IMG/VR virus record: IMGVR_UViG_3300038358_000167
Length of the DNA stretch: 35,395 nt
Reading direction: 5' to 3' (one strand)
Source: a virus
The translations under genes and the position numbers were made by a program. Positions within the stretch are counted from its first letter, which is position 1. Each line of letters opens with the position of its first letter. The notes beneath the pieces were generated by a model. The model had not been told where the DNA came from. It saw nothing but the letters and a program-made list of their open reading frames with translations, and did not search any database. Positions 18,626 to 25,796 of the stretch are shown piece after piece.

Positions 18626-18805
18626 ATGAAATTAGATAAATTAATAGAATTAGAATCACAAATATATTCACAGATAATAAAAGAAGTAAAAAGCCCTGTA
18701 TTAAAAAATACAGTGTTAATAGATGATTTACATAAAGCAAGAGAAGAGGTTCAGGAGATAATAAAAACACTAACTTCAAACCTTAACAAAGAGGAGGTAG
18801 TGTGA
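18626..18805 (+). CDS. Small helical protein (59 aa), first gene of the plus-strand moron
   Basis: Below the track length cut-off. ATG at 18626 follows AAGGA. Sequence MKLDKLIELESQIYSQIIKEVKSP...NLNKEEVV. Its TGA (18803..18805) overlaps the GTG start of the lipoprotein gene. Confidence 0.55.
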   Translation: MKLDKLIELESQIYSQIIKEVKSPVLKNTVLIDDLHKAREEVQEIIKTLTSNLNKEEVV

Positions 18806-19335
18806 AAAAACTAATTCTATTACTTCTAATAATATTCTTATTCGGAGCGATAAGCTGTAAGAAAGCTGAGGAGGGCGGATTTATTGAGTCTACGCCTTCG
18901 ACAGAGCCAACAGATGATTCAGCAGATGAAACGATAAGTGAGCATGATCGACTATTTATTGATGGCTGGAGAAGAATACCTACTCAAGAGGAAATAAATT
19001 ATGATTATTTTCCTTATGAAATAGGCTCTGTGTATGAAACGGATGAGAATTTATATAGAGCTCCCCATTATTACGAATGTAAAATGTTAAAAAACTGGGT
19101 CATTGGTATAGATCAAGACTTTTTCTTTGGTAGGCAGGCATCTAATTACAATGGCCAGCCTAATTGGAACGTGCGTTTTGATAAAGATGGTGCTTCACAC
19201 ACTGTTACACCTTCTAATATTTTTGGCGACTGGTATGGATCTTGTTATATAGAAATAAACAGAATCTCTGGCGAGTTACTATATGTCAGCTGGAGGAGTT
19301 ATACTTATTTAGAGAATATTTTAGACCGGCGTTAG
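18802..19335 (+). CDS. Secreted lipoprotein (candidate superinfection-exclusion / surface-modifying protein)
   Basis: GTG start 6 nt after GAGGAGG. Signal peptide MKKLILLLLIIFLFGAISC with a lipobox-like AISC. The gene is on the opposite strand to both neighbours and is followed by a strong terminator. Confidence 0.7.
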   Translation: MKKLILLLLIIFLFGAISCKKAEEGGFIESTPSTEPTDDSADETISEHDRLFIDGWRRIPTQEEINYDYFPYEIGSVYETDENLYRAPHYYECKMLKNWVIGIDQDFFFGRQASNYNGQPNWNVRFDKDGASHTVTPSNIFGDWYGSCYIEINRISGELLYVSWRSYTYLENILDRR

Positions 19336-19353
19336 TTACATATCACTGGTTAC

Positions 19354-19373
19354 GGGGCTTCGGCCCCTTTTTT
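19354..19373 (+). terminator. Intrinsic terminator (GGGGC-UUCG-GCCCC plus U6) between convergent genes
   Basis: Sequence ggggcttcggcccctttttt lies 18 nt after the lipoprotein stop. The stop of the minus-strand gene 19372..19599 sits in the T-run. Confidence 0.8.
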
Positions 19374-19599
19374 ATTGCATATTATCAGCCGATTCATCCA
19401 ACAGCCACTCGCTATGTCCTGATGAGCTACCTGCTCTAAGATCTTCAACGAAGGATAACAACATTGCTTCGTATTGTCCTTGTGATATAGGCGTTCCACA
19501 AACTATAGTAAGAGTAATAGAACAACCATCAGGTGCAGTTTTAATATAATATTCAACAATGTCGTCATCTTCTTTTTCATAAATTTCCATATCACTCAT
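19372..19599 (-). CDS. Small acidic protein (75 aa), third gene of a coupled trio
   Basis: ATGA start/stop overlap with the upstream peptidase gene. Asp/Glu-rich. Confidence 0.55.
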   Translation of the reverse strand: MSDMEIYEKEDDDIVEYYIKTAPDGCSITLTIVCGTPISQGQYEAMLLSFVEDLRAGSSSGHSEWLLDESADNMQ

Positions 19600-19901
19600 C
19601 TCTTTAGTCGAATGTTAAATGTTTCCAGCATGAATAATGATAGGTTTTCAACAATGAGTTCTTCAACATCTAAGGTTAATGATGTTTGGTGTAATCCAAT
19701 TTCATAAATCAATGCATGGAATAGTTCATGTAGTAGTGTTGATTGTTTATCTTCTTTTACTAAGGATCTATCTAAGTAAACGATCCTTTTTTTAACACAG
19801 CATAATCCATCAACGTGAGTTCCATCATCATCAAGAAGGTTCCACTTGTGACAAATTCGCCATTTCTTACCTTTAATTTTAAATGATGTAGGTATTTTCA
19901 T
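19596..19901 (-). CDS. Mini zinc metallopeptidase (HExxH, ImmA/IrrE-like core)
   Basis: 101 aa. KKRIVYLDRSLVKEDKQSTLLHELFHALIYEIG matches the ImmA/IrrE-type HExxH context. ATGA overlaps on both sides. Confidence 0.5.
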   Translation of the reverse strand: MKIPTSFKIKGKKWRICHKWNLLDDDGTHVDGLCCVKKRIVYLDRSLVKEDKQSTLLHELFHALIYEIGLHQTSLTLDVEELIVENLSLFMLETFNIRLKR

Positions 19902-20608
19902 TTAAGCTTACCTATCCATCTACCTTTTTTATCCATGAGTAGTGGAATAAGTTTAGGTTGTCCATCGATGATAATGCCGCAGCCAATGATAGGAGTTTTA
20001 GAGAAGTTTTTATTATAGGCAAATGCCATTGATTTATTATCTATAAGGCATCCAACGAACATTTGCCACCTATCTTGCTGTGGTGTGGTCCAGTAGTTAA
20101 TGCAGAATTTTTCGTGATAGTGGCCAGAGACGGCGGACATTCCGGCAGATAGGGATAGTTGAATTTCTCTAGCGCTTTTGCCGTGATGAAAATAAACCAT
20201 AAGTCCATCAGACATTTTTATAGTTAGATCCTCATGCCACTTCCATCCTCTAGGAGCCTCTAGTATTTCGTTGTATGATTTAAACACTGACCTAGGTATG
20301 CCGTGATGTTTTTGTTTTCTATAAACCATTGATCCGTGGTTGCTGTGAATTACATCGACCTTAGGAAAAAGCTCATACATTGGCTTTAAATGCTTAATAG
20401 CACGACACAATTCCTCTGATGGTGCGAATAAATCAGGATCAGTATCGTGAAAGCTCATGCAGTGCCAGTCGGCCTCATCGCCAATGTTTACTATCCTATC
20501 TGGACTATAAACTCTTTTTATTTCAGCAAGGAATGCGATAGCGTCTGGATGATTATAGGGAGCATGAAAATCTGAGATAACTAAAATACACTTATTTCGT
20601 CTTAGCAT
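19898..20608 (-). CDS. Calcineurin-like metallophosphoesterase
   Basis: All five family motifs occur in order: SDFHAP (DxH), IGDEADWH (GDxxD), HSNHG (GNH-like), FHHGK and SGHYH (GHxH). Confidence 0.75.
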   Translation of the reverse strand: MLRRNKCILVISDFHAPYNHPDAIAFLAEIKRVYSPDRIVNIGDEADWHCMSFHDTDPDLFAPSEELCRAIKHLKPMYELFPKVDVIHSNHGSMVYRKQKHHGIPRSVFKSYNEILEAPRGWKWHEDLTIKMSDGLMVYFHHGKSAREIQLSLSAGMSAVSGHYHEKFCINYWTTPQQDRWQMFVGCLIDNKSMAFAYNKNFSKTPIIGCGIIIDGQPKLIPLLMDKKGRWIGKLK

Positions 20609-20706
20609 GACTTATCTTACAAAGTCTTACAGCTATGTCTAAGTGAACCACTAAATATAGAGCAAGGTCGAGTATGACCCGATTATCGAACCTAATTGGG
20701 TCAATA

Positions 20707-20817
20707 CCATATTATAGTGGTCTAAAAACTATAAAAACATGCATTATAGTACATTATAGTAGCCTATTAAGATGCATTATAATGCATAATAAAGATATTT
20801 ACTATTAGTCAATATCT
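20707..20817. promoter_or_regulatory. Regulatory repeat cluster: tandem CATTATAGTA x2, ATTATAGT, 16-bp palindrome ATGCATTATAATGCAT and an AT-rich hairpin
   Basis: CATTATAGTA at 20742..20751 and 20752..20761. ATTATAGT at 20711..20718. Perfect palindrome at 20772..20787. AGATATT / AATATCT inverted repeat at 20793..20817. On the minus strand the repeats read as four perfect TATAAT boxes. Confidence 0.5.
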
Positions 20818-20875
20818 GTAAATCTATGTATATATACGAATTATATATCTAAAAAACTATGTAAATATATATGAT

Positions 20876-21106
20876 TTAGCTTTCAATTTTACTATTAACT
20901 TCACCAATAGTGTTATAATAGCTATCGCGAATGGCTTCAACAAGCTGCAATCCTTCATCAGATTCAAACTCACCATATTTATATAAGTCTCTGAGAAAAG
21001 TTTCAAATTCATTAACTGCACAACATAATTCATCAGCAAACAATATTATGTTACGTTCACTACGTTGAGTTTCATCAAAAGTCATTTCAATTTTTGTTTT
21101 CATCAT
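20876..21106 (-). CDS. Hypothetical early protein
   Basis: 76-aa ORF overlapping the upstream ORF by 20 nt. An internal ATG is an alternative start. Confidence 0.5.
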   Translation of the reverse strand: MMKTKIEMTFDETQRSERNIILFADELCCAVNEFETFLRDLYKYGEFESDEGLQLVEAIRDSYYNTIGEVNSKIES

Positions 21107-21311
21107 AAGCTCCCTGTTCTTTCTCTAATTGTTTTAATTCATCGAAGTAAGTCACGCTAACATCCATACGTTGCTTTAACGACGTATCTTGATGATAGTC
21201 ATAATCCTCACCAGGTCGTTCTCTAAGCGCATATAAGTTTTTAATAACTTCATGTCCATCCTTTGGCGGTAACATCCCTATAAGCCGCCCTATCGTTTTA
21301 AATATCCCCAT
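21087..21311 (-). CDS. Hypothetical early protein
   Basis: 74-aa ORF with a GGGGG-type RBS (cgggggatcttatg). Confidence 0.5.
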   Translation of the reverse strand: MGIFKTIGRLIGMLPPKDGHEVIKNLYALRERPGEDYDYHQDTSLKQRMDVSVTYFDELKQLEKEQGAYDENKN

Positions 21312-21351
21312 AAGATCCCCCGATCATTTCTTAAAATTATTCTTATAAAAA

Positions 21352-21540
21352 CCTAACTTAATAACCTAACTCTAGGGTTTTAGTACCTCTGTTTCTAGAG
21401 ATATATTTTATTCTCTATAAATTTAGATATCTTCTTTTTTAAAGTTAGAGTTAGGAAAACATATAAAAGAGTAATAAAATCAACAAAAGACGCCTAACTC
21501 TACCTAACTCTACCTAACTTAACAGGCCATTTTCCTAACT
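21352..21540. repeat. Iteron-like array of CCTAACT(C/T)(T/A)A repeats; candidate origin of replication
   Basis: Direct copies start at 21352, 21365, 21493, 21503, 21513 and 21534. The three central copies have an exact 10-bp period. An inverted copy AGTTAGAGTTAGG lies at 21443..21455. Between the repeat groups is an AT-rich stretch with a CTCTAG..CTAGAG inverted repeat. Confidence 0.6.
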
Positions 21541-21546
21541 TTACTT

Positions 21547-23082
21547 TTAGCTACCTCCAGTTAATTTGCTATGTTTATACGCACTCGTCTGATTTGTAAA
21601 CATATTTACATAACTCTGGGATCGGCAGTAAATTTTTTCATAAACCTTCTGATTCACCGAAAGTACGGATTTTGTCTTAGATTTTGCCTCAATATTAAGC
21701 TCATTATTTATATAGCTTTTCAATCTTGATAGAAATTTTCGCTTACCCACAGGGCCATATCCGTCCTCCTTACAATCATCGCTGTATGAATCATAAGCAA
21801 CTCGGCATACCGTAATCACATCTTTTGATTCAGAGTGGCTAATATTTTCCTTACACCATGCGTAAACACTATCTGTTTCAACCCGATATTCATCTAAGGT
21901 TTTTGACACAGTATCTGATTGTACGAATTTATATTCATTATATTTAAAGCTTGTATAGCCCTCTATTGCCCAGTTTAGTATTCCTGATATCTCGGCAAAG
22001 ATCTTGTTTTTAATCCCTGTGTCGCGCTCGTCCGGCTTAATATACCTATTAAAAGGGAGTATAATAAGCCTATCGTTTGTTCCGCTAGTCGAATCTTTAA
22101 ATGTAGGCAATGAATTACAGGCAAACACAAGACGAGCGTTTATTTTCATTTGAAATTCATCCTTACCTTTATATGAAGCTGTAGCGGTGCCGCCGCCAAC
22201 TATATTTTTAAAGGCCTCCGCATCAATTTGAGCAGGTGATTCCTCCACTATATTAGCTAATTTTCCGTCCATTTGAACCATGGAAAAAGGCTTATCAATT
22301 ACTTTCATCGATACTGCAGAGCAATTTTGATCACCTATTAGATACCTTAAAGTATCAAGTAGTGTTGATTTTCCATTTCGACCGTCGCCATATAATAAAA
22401 ATGCGCGATGTGCCACAGGGTCGCCACCCATTAAGATATATCCAAACATTTGTTGAGTTAGTGAGATAAGCTCTTGGTCTTTATTTAAAACAAAGTTTAA
22501 GAATTTAATAAAATTTGGACATTTAGCACCAGGATCATACTCATGGTCTAATCGATATCTAAAAAAATAATCAGAAGAATGTTCTAATAATTTCTTATTC
22601 TCTAAATCATATACGCCATTTTTAAGGTTAATTTTTCTATAAGGATCTGTTATATCTATTTTCTTTTTATAGGCTTTAGCTGTAGTGATTTTAAAAAAGC
22701 TATCCACCTCATGAGGTTTTGCTTTATCTTGTGTTAGATCACAAACTAAATTCATCATTCGAGTTTTAGAGGCATGGTTGTAGCAATTATTTTCGTAGAT
22801 AAGCCTATATGAATCATCGGTCATAAGGCTGTAGTTATCCATAACATACCTTGCAAAGGCGTAGTAGTCTGGCTCTGATTTCCAGTCAGTAATCTCACCT
22901 TTGGTGTTTTTAATGGGAAAGTTTCTATAGAACCCGTTATCGATTAGTTTTTGTTTTTTCTTTTCTTTATTTTTGTTTTCGAGCTTATCCAGCATAGGTG
23001 TTGGCACGTCAGTAGCCTCACTTAAATCAACCAGAGCCTTCATGTATTTTAATAATTCTTCATTAGAATTAATTTGATCCAT
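21547..23082 (-). CDS. D5 / P4-alpha-type SF3 replicative helicase (primase-helicase family; no recognisable primase catalytic domain)
   Basis: 511 aa. D5_N-like segment (INLKNGVYDLENKKLLEHS...AKCPNFIKFLNFVL...QQMFGYILMG). Walker A segment LLYGDGRNGKSTLL. Confidence 0.75.
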   Translation of the reverse strand: MDQINSNEELLKYMKALVDLSEATDVPTPMLDKLENKNKEKKKQKLIDNGFYRNFPIKNTKGEITDWKSEPDYYAFARYVMDNYSLMTDDSYRLIYENNCYNHASKTRMMNLVCDLTQDKAKPHEVDSFFKITTAKAYKKKIDITDPYRKINLKNGVYDLENKKLLEHSSDYFFRYRLDHEYDPGAKCPNFIKFLNFVLNKDQELISLTQQMFGYILMGGDPVAHRAFLLYGDGRNGKSTLLDTLRYLIGDQNCSAVSMKVIDKPFSMVQMDGKLANIVEESPAQIDAEAFKNIVGGGTATASYKGKDEFQMKINARLVFACNSLPTFKDSTSGTNDRLIILPFNRYIKPDERDTGIKNKIFAEISGILNWAIEGYTSFKYNEYKFVQSDTVSKTLDEYRVETDSVYAWCKENISHSESKDVITVCRVAYDSYSDDCKEDGYGPVGKRKFLSRLKSYINNELNIEAKSKTKSVLSVNQKVYEKIYCRSQSYVNMFTNQTSAYKHSKLTGGS

Positions 23083-23189
23083 CCCCAGATACCCCTTTTT
23101 TAAAATGTAGTTTTTGCAAAATTTTTAAATGCGTACCGACTACCATGCGAAAGATTGACATTAAAAGCAAATGAAAATAAAAATAAACT

Positions 23190-23295
23190 TACCTGGATGT
23201 CTCCATGACGTCGCTTCGATCAGGTACCGAGTGTGACTAACCTCCACTCACTAAATGCGCCTTAGCCCGTCTGTAAAAGGACGGGTTATTTTTTT
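23190..23295 (+). ncRNA. Candidate small RNA or leader transcript ending at an intrinsic terminator
   Basis: TTGACA at 23155..23160 with an A/T-rich -10-like TAAAAA 17 nt downstream. Stems ACCTG(G)AT/ATCAGGT and GAGTG/CACTC are present; the second has a CCUCC-containing loop. The terminator is at 23264..23295. There is no ORF longer than 11 codons. Confidence 0.3.
23264..23295 (+). terminator. Intrinsic terminator inside the divergent control region
   Basis: Sequence agCCCGTCtgtaaaagGACGGGttatttttttaa: a 6-8 bp stem followed by a U-rich tail. It has no U-tail in the opposite orientation. Confidence 0.65.
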
Positions 23296-23394
23296 AATGG
23301 CCCTATGCAAAATCATTTGAATTAAATATTTTTCCACGCAATAACAATCTTAGCGCAATTAGTAATATGAATTAAAACATTTTAGGAGGTAAGC

Positions 23395-24114
23395 ATGTCT
23401 TTGCCAACAAAGAAATCTAAGTATGATTATCATTATACTCAATACATTTATACTATATACGGAACTCCAAAAGTTGGTAAGACAACCATATGTTCAAGGT
23501 TTGGAGATAAAGATAATAAAGTATTATTTTTTACTACAGAGCCTGGACATAAATTTCAAGATATTTACAAATGGTCTAAAAAAAATAAAACTAATGGCAA
23601 AGACGTTAGTCCCGACTGTTGGATAGATTTTCTAACCTGTTGTCATGAATTACAGACTGAAAAACATGATTTTTCTATGATTGCAATAGATGTAGTAGAT
23701 GACATATGGGAGTGGTGTAGAGATTATTTGTTGGCTAAGAAAAATGTATCACATGAATCTGACGTGAAGTGGGGGAGAATGTATACTGATATTCCAGCTG
23801 AGTTTGGCAGAGTGTTAAATAAGTTAGCAAATAGCGGATTAGGAATAATGTTTATATCTCACAGGGATGCGCCAGAGCTAGATGCTAACAATAAGTTATT
23901 ACAAATAACCACCACTTTGCATAAACGCGCAAAAAAACCTGTCCATAAAATGTCTGATTTTATATTTTATTTCTTTTCAGATAAAGATGGTAAAAGATGG
24001 ATACAAACCAAAGAGACAAAAGAGATAATGGCTGGAGATAGGTCAGGGATGCTGCCTGAACTTATTCCTATGGATGCTAAAGTTTTAATAGATGAACTTA
24101 ACAAAATTAAATAA
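23395..24114 (+). CDS. Sak4-like (AAA_24-type) RecA-fold ATPase, recombination/annealing protein
   Basis: 239 aa with a TAGGAGGT RBS. Walker A segment IYGTPKVGKTT, then FFTTEPG and AIDVVDD patterns. The gene is adjacent to an SSB-like gene. Confidence 0.55.
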   Translation: MSLPTKKSKYDYHYTQYIYTIYGTPKVGKTTICSRFGDKDNKVLFFTTEPGHKFQDIYKWSKKNKTNGKDVSPDCWIDFLTCCHELQTEKHDFSMIAIDVVDDIWEWCRDYLLAKKNVSHESDVKWGRMYTDIPAEFGRVLNKLANSGLGIMFISHRDAPELDANNKLLQITTTLHKRAKKPVHKMSDFIFYFFSDKDGKRWIQTKETKEIMAGDRSGMLPELIPMDAKVLIDELNKIK

Positions 24115-24225
24115 TTAAGAAGAAACCAGGGGCGACACGTTAAACCGGTAAAGATCCTAGGTGCCGCACCTGACAACATGAAAACAACTAAGTAAATTAA
24201 ACCAAACTAAAATAAGGAGGTCAAC

Positions 24226-24726
24226 ATGTCAGATGGATGGAATTGGGATGATGATATAACACAAGGTGAAAATGACACCAAAGAGTACAAAGAAATAGCA
24301 GAGGGTAAACATATTGCTAAGCTTGAAAAAGCAGAGGCGGCAGAGACTAAAGGCGGTACACCATATCTTAATATCCAATGGCGAATAAACGGTGGTGATT
24401 TTAATAATTATTGTGCTTTTCAAAAAATATGGGCAACTGAAAAGGCTCGTAATATGTATAAGATGAATATGTCTAAGCTTGAAATTAAAGAACAACTGGC
24501 CGACCTACAAGACACTGGTGAGATATTAACTAGATCTGCAAAGCTTTTAAATGCTAAAGAATTACATGCAGAGATATATATTAATTATAAAGACTCTGAT
24601 GATGGTCAATACCGTAACCAGAATGTAATGATTAATGATTTATTTAAAGGATCAGTCAGAGAAGACGGCATTGTTAATCATGCTCCTGTGCCTGCATTTG
24701 AATCTGATGAAGAGTTACCTTTTTAA
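24226..24726 (+). CDS. Single-stranded DNA-binding protein (DUF669-like) with a host-SSB-type acidic tail
   Basis: 166 aa with an AAGGAGG RBS. The C-terminus FESDEELPF mimics the bacterial SSB D-D-D-I-P-F tip. It is the usual partner gene of Sak4-type ATPases. Confidence 0.5.
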   Translation: MSDGWNWDDDITQGENDTKEYKEIAEGKHIAKLEKAEAAETKGGTPYLNIQWRINGGDFNNYCAFQKIWATEKARNMYKMNMSKLEIKEQLADLQDTGEILTRSAKLLNAKELHAEIYINYKDSDDGQYRNQNVMINDLFKGSVREDGIVNHAPVPAFESDEELPF

Positions 24727-24890
24727 TTAAACCCATTCTCATCAAAACTATACTCATCAAACATATATGAGCTATCTTCGATGGCAAAATCATCCATTTC
24801 ATAATAGTTCATATATGCATCAACCTCTGTGTTGCCGTTATTTGACACCCCAATGCCTATTCCTAATACAATTATAAACGCTGCAATCAT
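24723..24890 (-). CDS. Small membrane protein (55 aa) with an acidic C-terminal half
   Basis: Below the track cut-off. ATG at 24890 follows AAGGAGA. Sequence MIAAFIIVLGIGIGVSNNGNTEVDAYMNYYEMDDFAIEDSSYMFDEYSFDENGFN. Its stop overlaps the SSB stop. Confidence 0.5.
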   Translation of the reverse strand: MIAAFIIVLGIGIGVSNNGNTEVDAYMNYYEMDDFAIEDSSYMFDEYSFDENGFN

Positions 24891-24909
24891 ATTTATCTCC
24901 TTTTTGCTA

Positions 24910-24919
24910 TACTATAGTA
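24910..24919. promoter_or_regulatory. 10-bp palindrome TACTATAGTA in a 53-bp divergent intergenic region
   Basis: Perfect palindrome. It is related to the CATTATAGTA repeats at 20742..20761 and reads TATAGT in both directions. Confidence 0.3.
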
Positions 24920-24943
24920 CAATTTATATGCCAGACTTAATGA

Positions 24944-25276
24944 ATGACCAGGGATAGGTTTTTTACATTCAAGGATTATGATCAAATATACTACGACTCT
25001 GATATTACTCCAGAGCATTTATTAGTTACGGCTATACTTGCTACTTTCGTCACAGACGCTCATAAAATATACAATAATGCACACAAGAAAAAACCAAAGA
25101 TGGTAACTAAGTTTCAAAAACATGGTGAATTATCGGCACCGACTTTGAGCCAATTTTTATCTGATCTTTATGGAGAGGCTTGCGAGATGTATTGTAATAA
25201 TCTTAATATAGAGCATAAGTTTTTTATTAGAAAGATAAGGCTAATACTAACAGATGAGTTAATCGAAAAAGGATAA
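24944..25276 (+). CDS. Hypothetical protein
   Basis: 110-aa ORF with no clear RBS. Its 3' end overlaps the convergent nuclease gene by 18 nt. Confidence 0.45.
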   Translation: MTRDRFFTFKDYDQIYYDSDITPEHLLVTAILATFVTDAHKIYNNAHKKKPKMVTKFQKHGELSAPTLSQFLSDLYGEACEMYCNNLNIEHKFFIRKIRLILTDELIEKG

Positions 25277-25762
25277 GTCGCCTCCCCGGGACTTAGGTGG
25301 TTTTGGTAACAGGTCAAGTAACAGCCTTATTCTTTCCGCCCTCCCCACACATTTTGAAAACTTTTCCACATGATCCACAAGGTTATCCACACCATCTACA
25401 CAAACAGCAAATGCACCACAGTTAATCTTCTCAGTTAAGTAACCCCTTTGCCCTTCTGATAGCGTTGATCGTTTACCTTCAGCCTTTGCTTCGATAAAGG
25501 CGCCAAGGCCTTGTGGTGAGCACCCTACCCAGTCTGATGTGTATTTCTCGGTCTCTGATAATATATAAGTTTGATGGCGCTCTGAGTACACGCCTTTTGA
25601 TTCAACTCTACCCATTGACCAGCCATTAGCTTTGAACCAATTACGCAAATTACTATTGACTTCCTCTTCAGGCTTATTGTTTTTTCTACCTGTTGGTTGT
25701 TTTTCATTTGCTTTAAGTAGGTTTTCAGAGTATTTAAGAAGAGCGTTTTTAGTTCCATTCAT
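25259..25762 (-). CDS. PD-(D/E)xK nuclease, VRR-NUC-like
   Basis: 167 aa. TSDWVGCSPQGLGAFIEAKAEGKRSTLSEGQRGYL...GAFAVCV fits the D...ExK...Q pattern of VRR-NUC domains. Confidence 0.55.
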   Translation of the reverse strand: MNGTKNALLKYSENLLKANEKQPTGRKNNKPEEEVNSNLRNWFKANGWSMGRVESKGVYSERHQTYILSETEKYTSDWVGCSPQGLGAFIEAKAEGKRSTLSEGQRGYLTEKINCGAFAVCVDGVDNLVDHVEKFSKCVGRAERIRLLLDLLPKPPKSRGGDLSFFD

Positions 25763-25763
25763 A

Positions 25764-25776
25764 TGTAAAATTTACA
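25764..25776. promoter_or_regulatory. Palindrome TGTAAA-A-TTTACA in a 34-bp divergent intergenic region
   Basis: Perfect 6-bp arms, lying between the starts of 25259..25762 (-) and 25797..26048 (+). Confidence 0.3.
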
Positions 25777-25796
25777 TTAAAAAAAGAGGTTAGTAT

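Noticed and set aside
18585-18779. 64-aa minus-strand ORF (Leu-rich low-complexity product)
   Set aside because: The plus-strand 59-aa ORF 18626..18805 has an RBS, a sensible helical sequence and stop/start coupling to the lipoprotein gene. The minus-strand ORF is its shadow.
21493-21540. Whether the short tandem repeats could be a mini CRISPR array
   Set aside because: The repeat unit is 7-10 bp with a 10-bp period and no spacers, which is typical of iterons and not of CRISPR.
23100-23394. A tRNA or tmRNA-like gene in the divergent intergenic region (a TTCGAT stretch caught my eye)
   Set aside because: On neither strand could I build an acceptor stem, a D arm and T arm spacing, or an anticodon stem.
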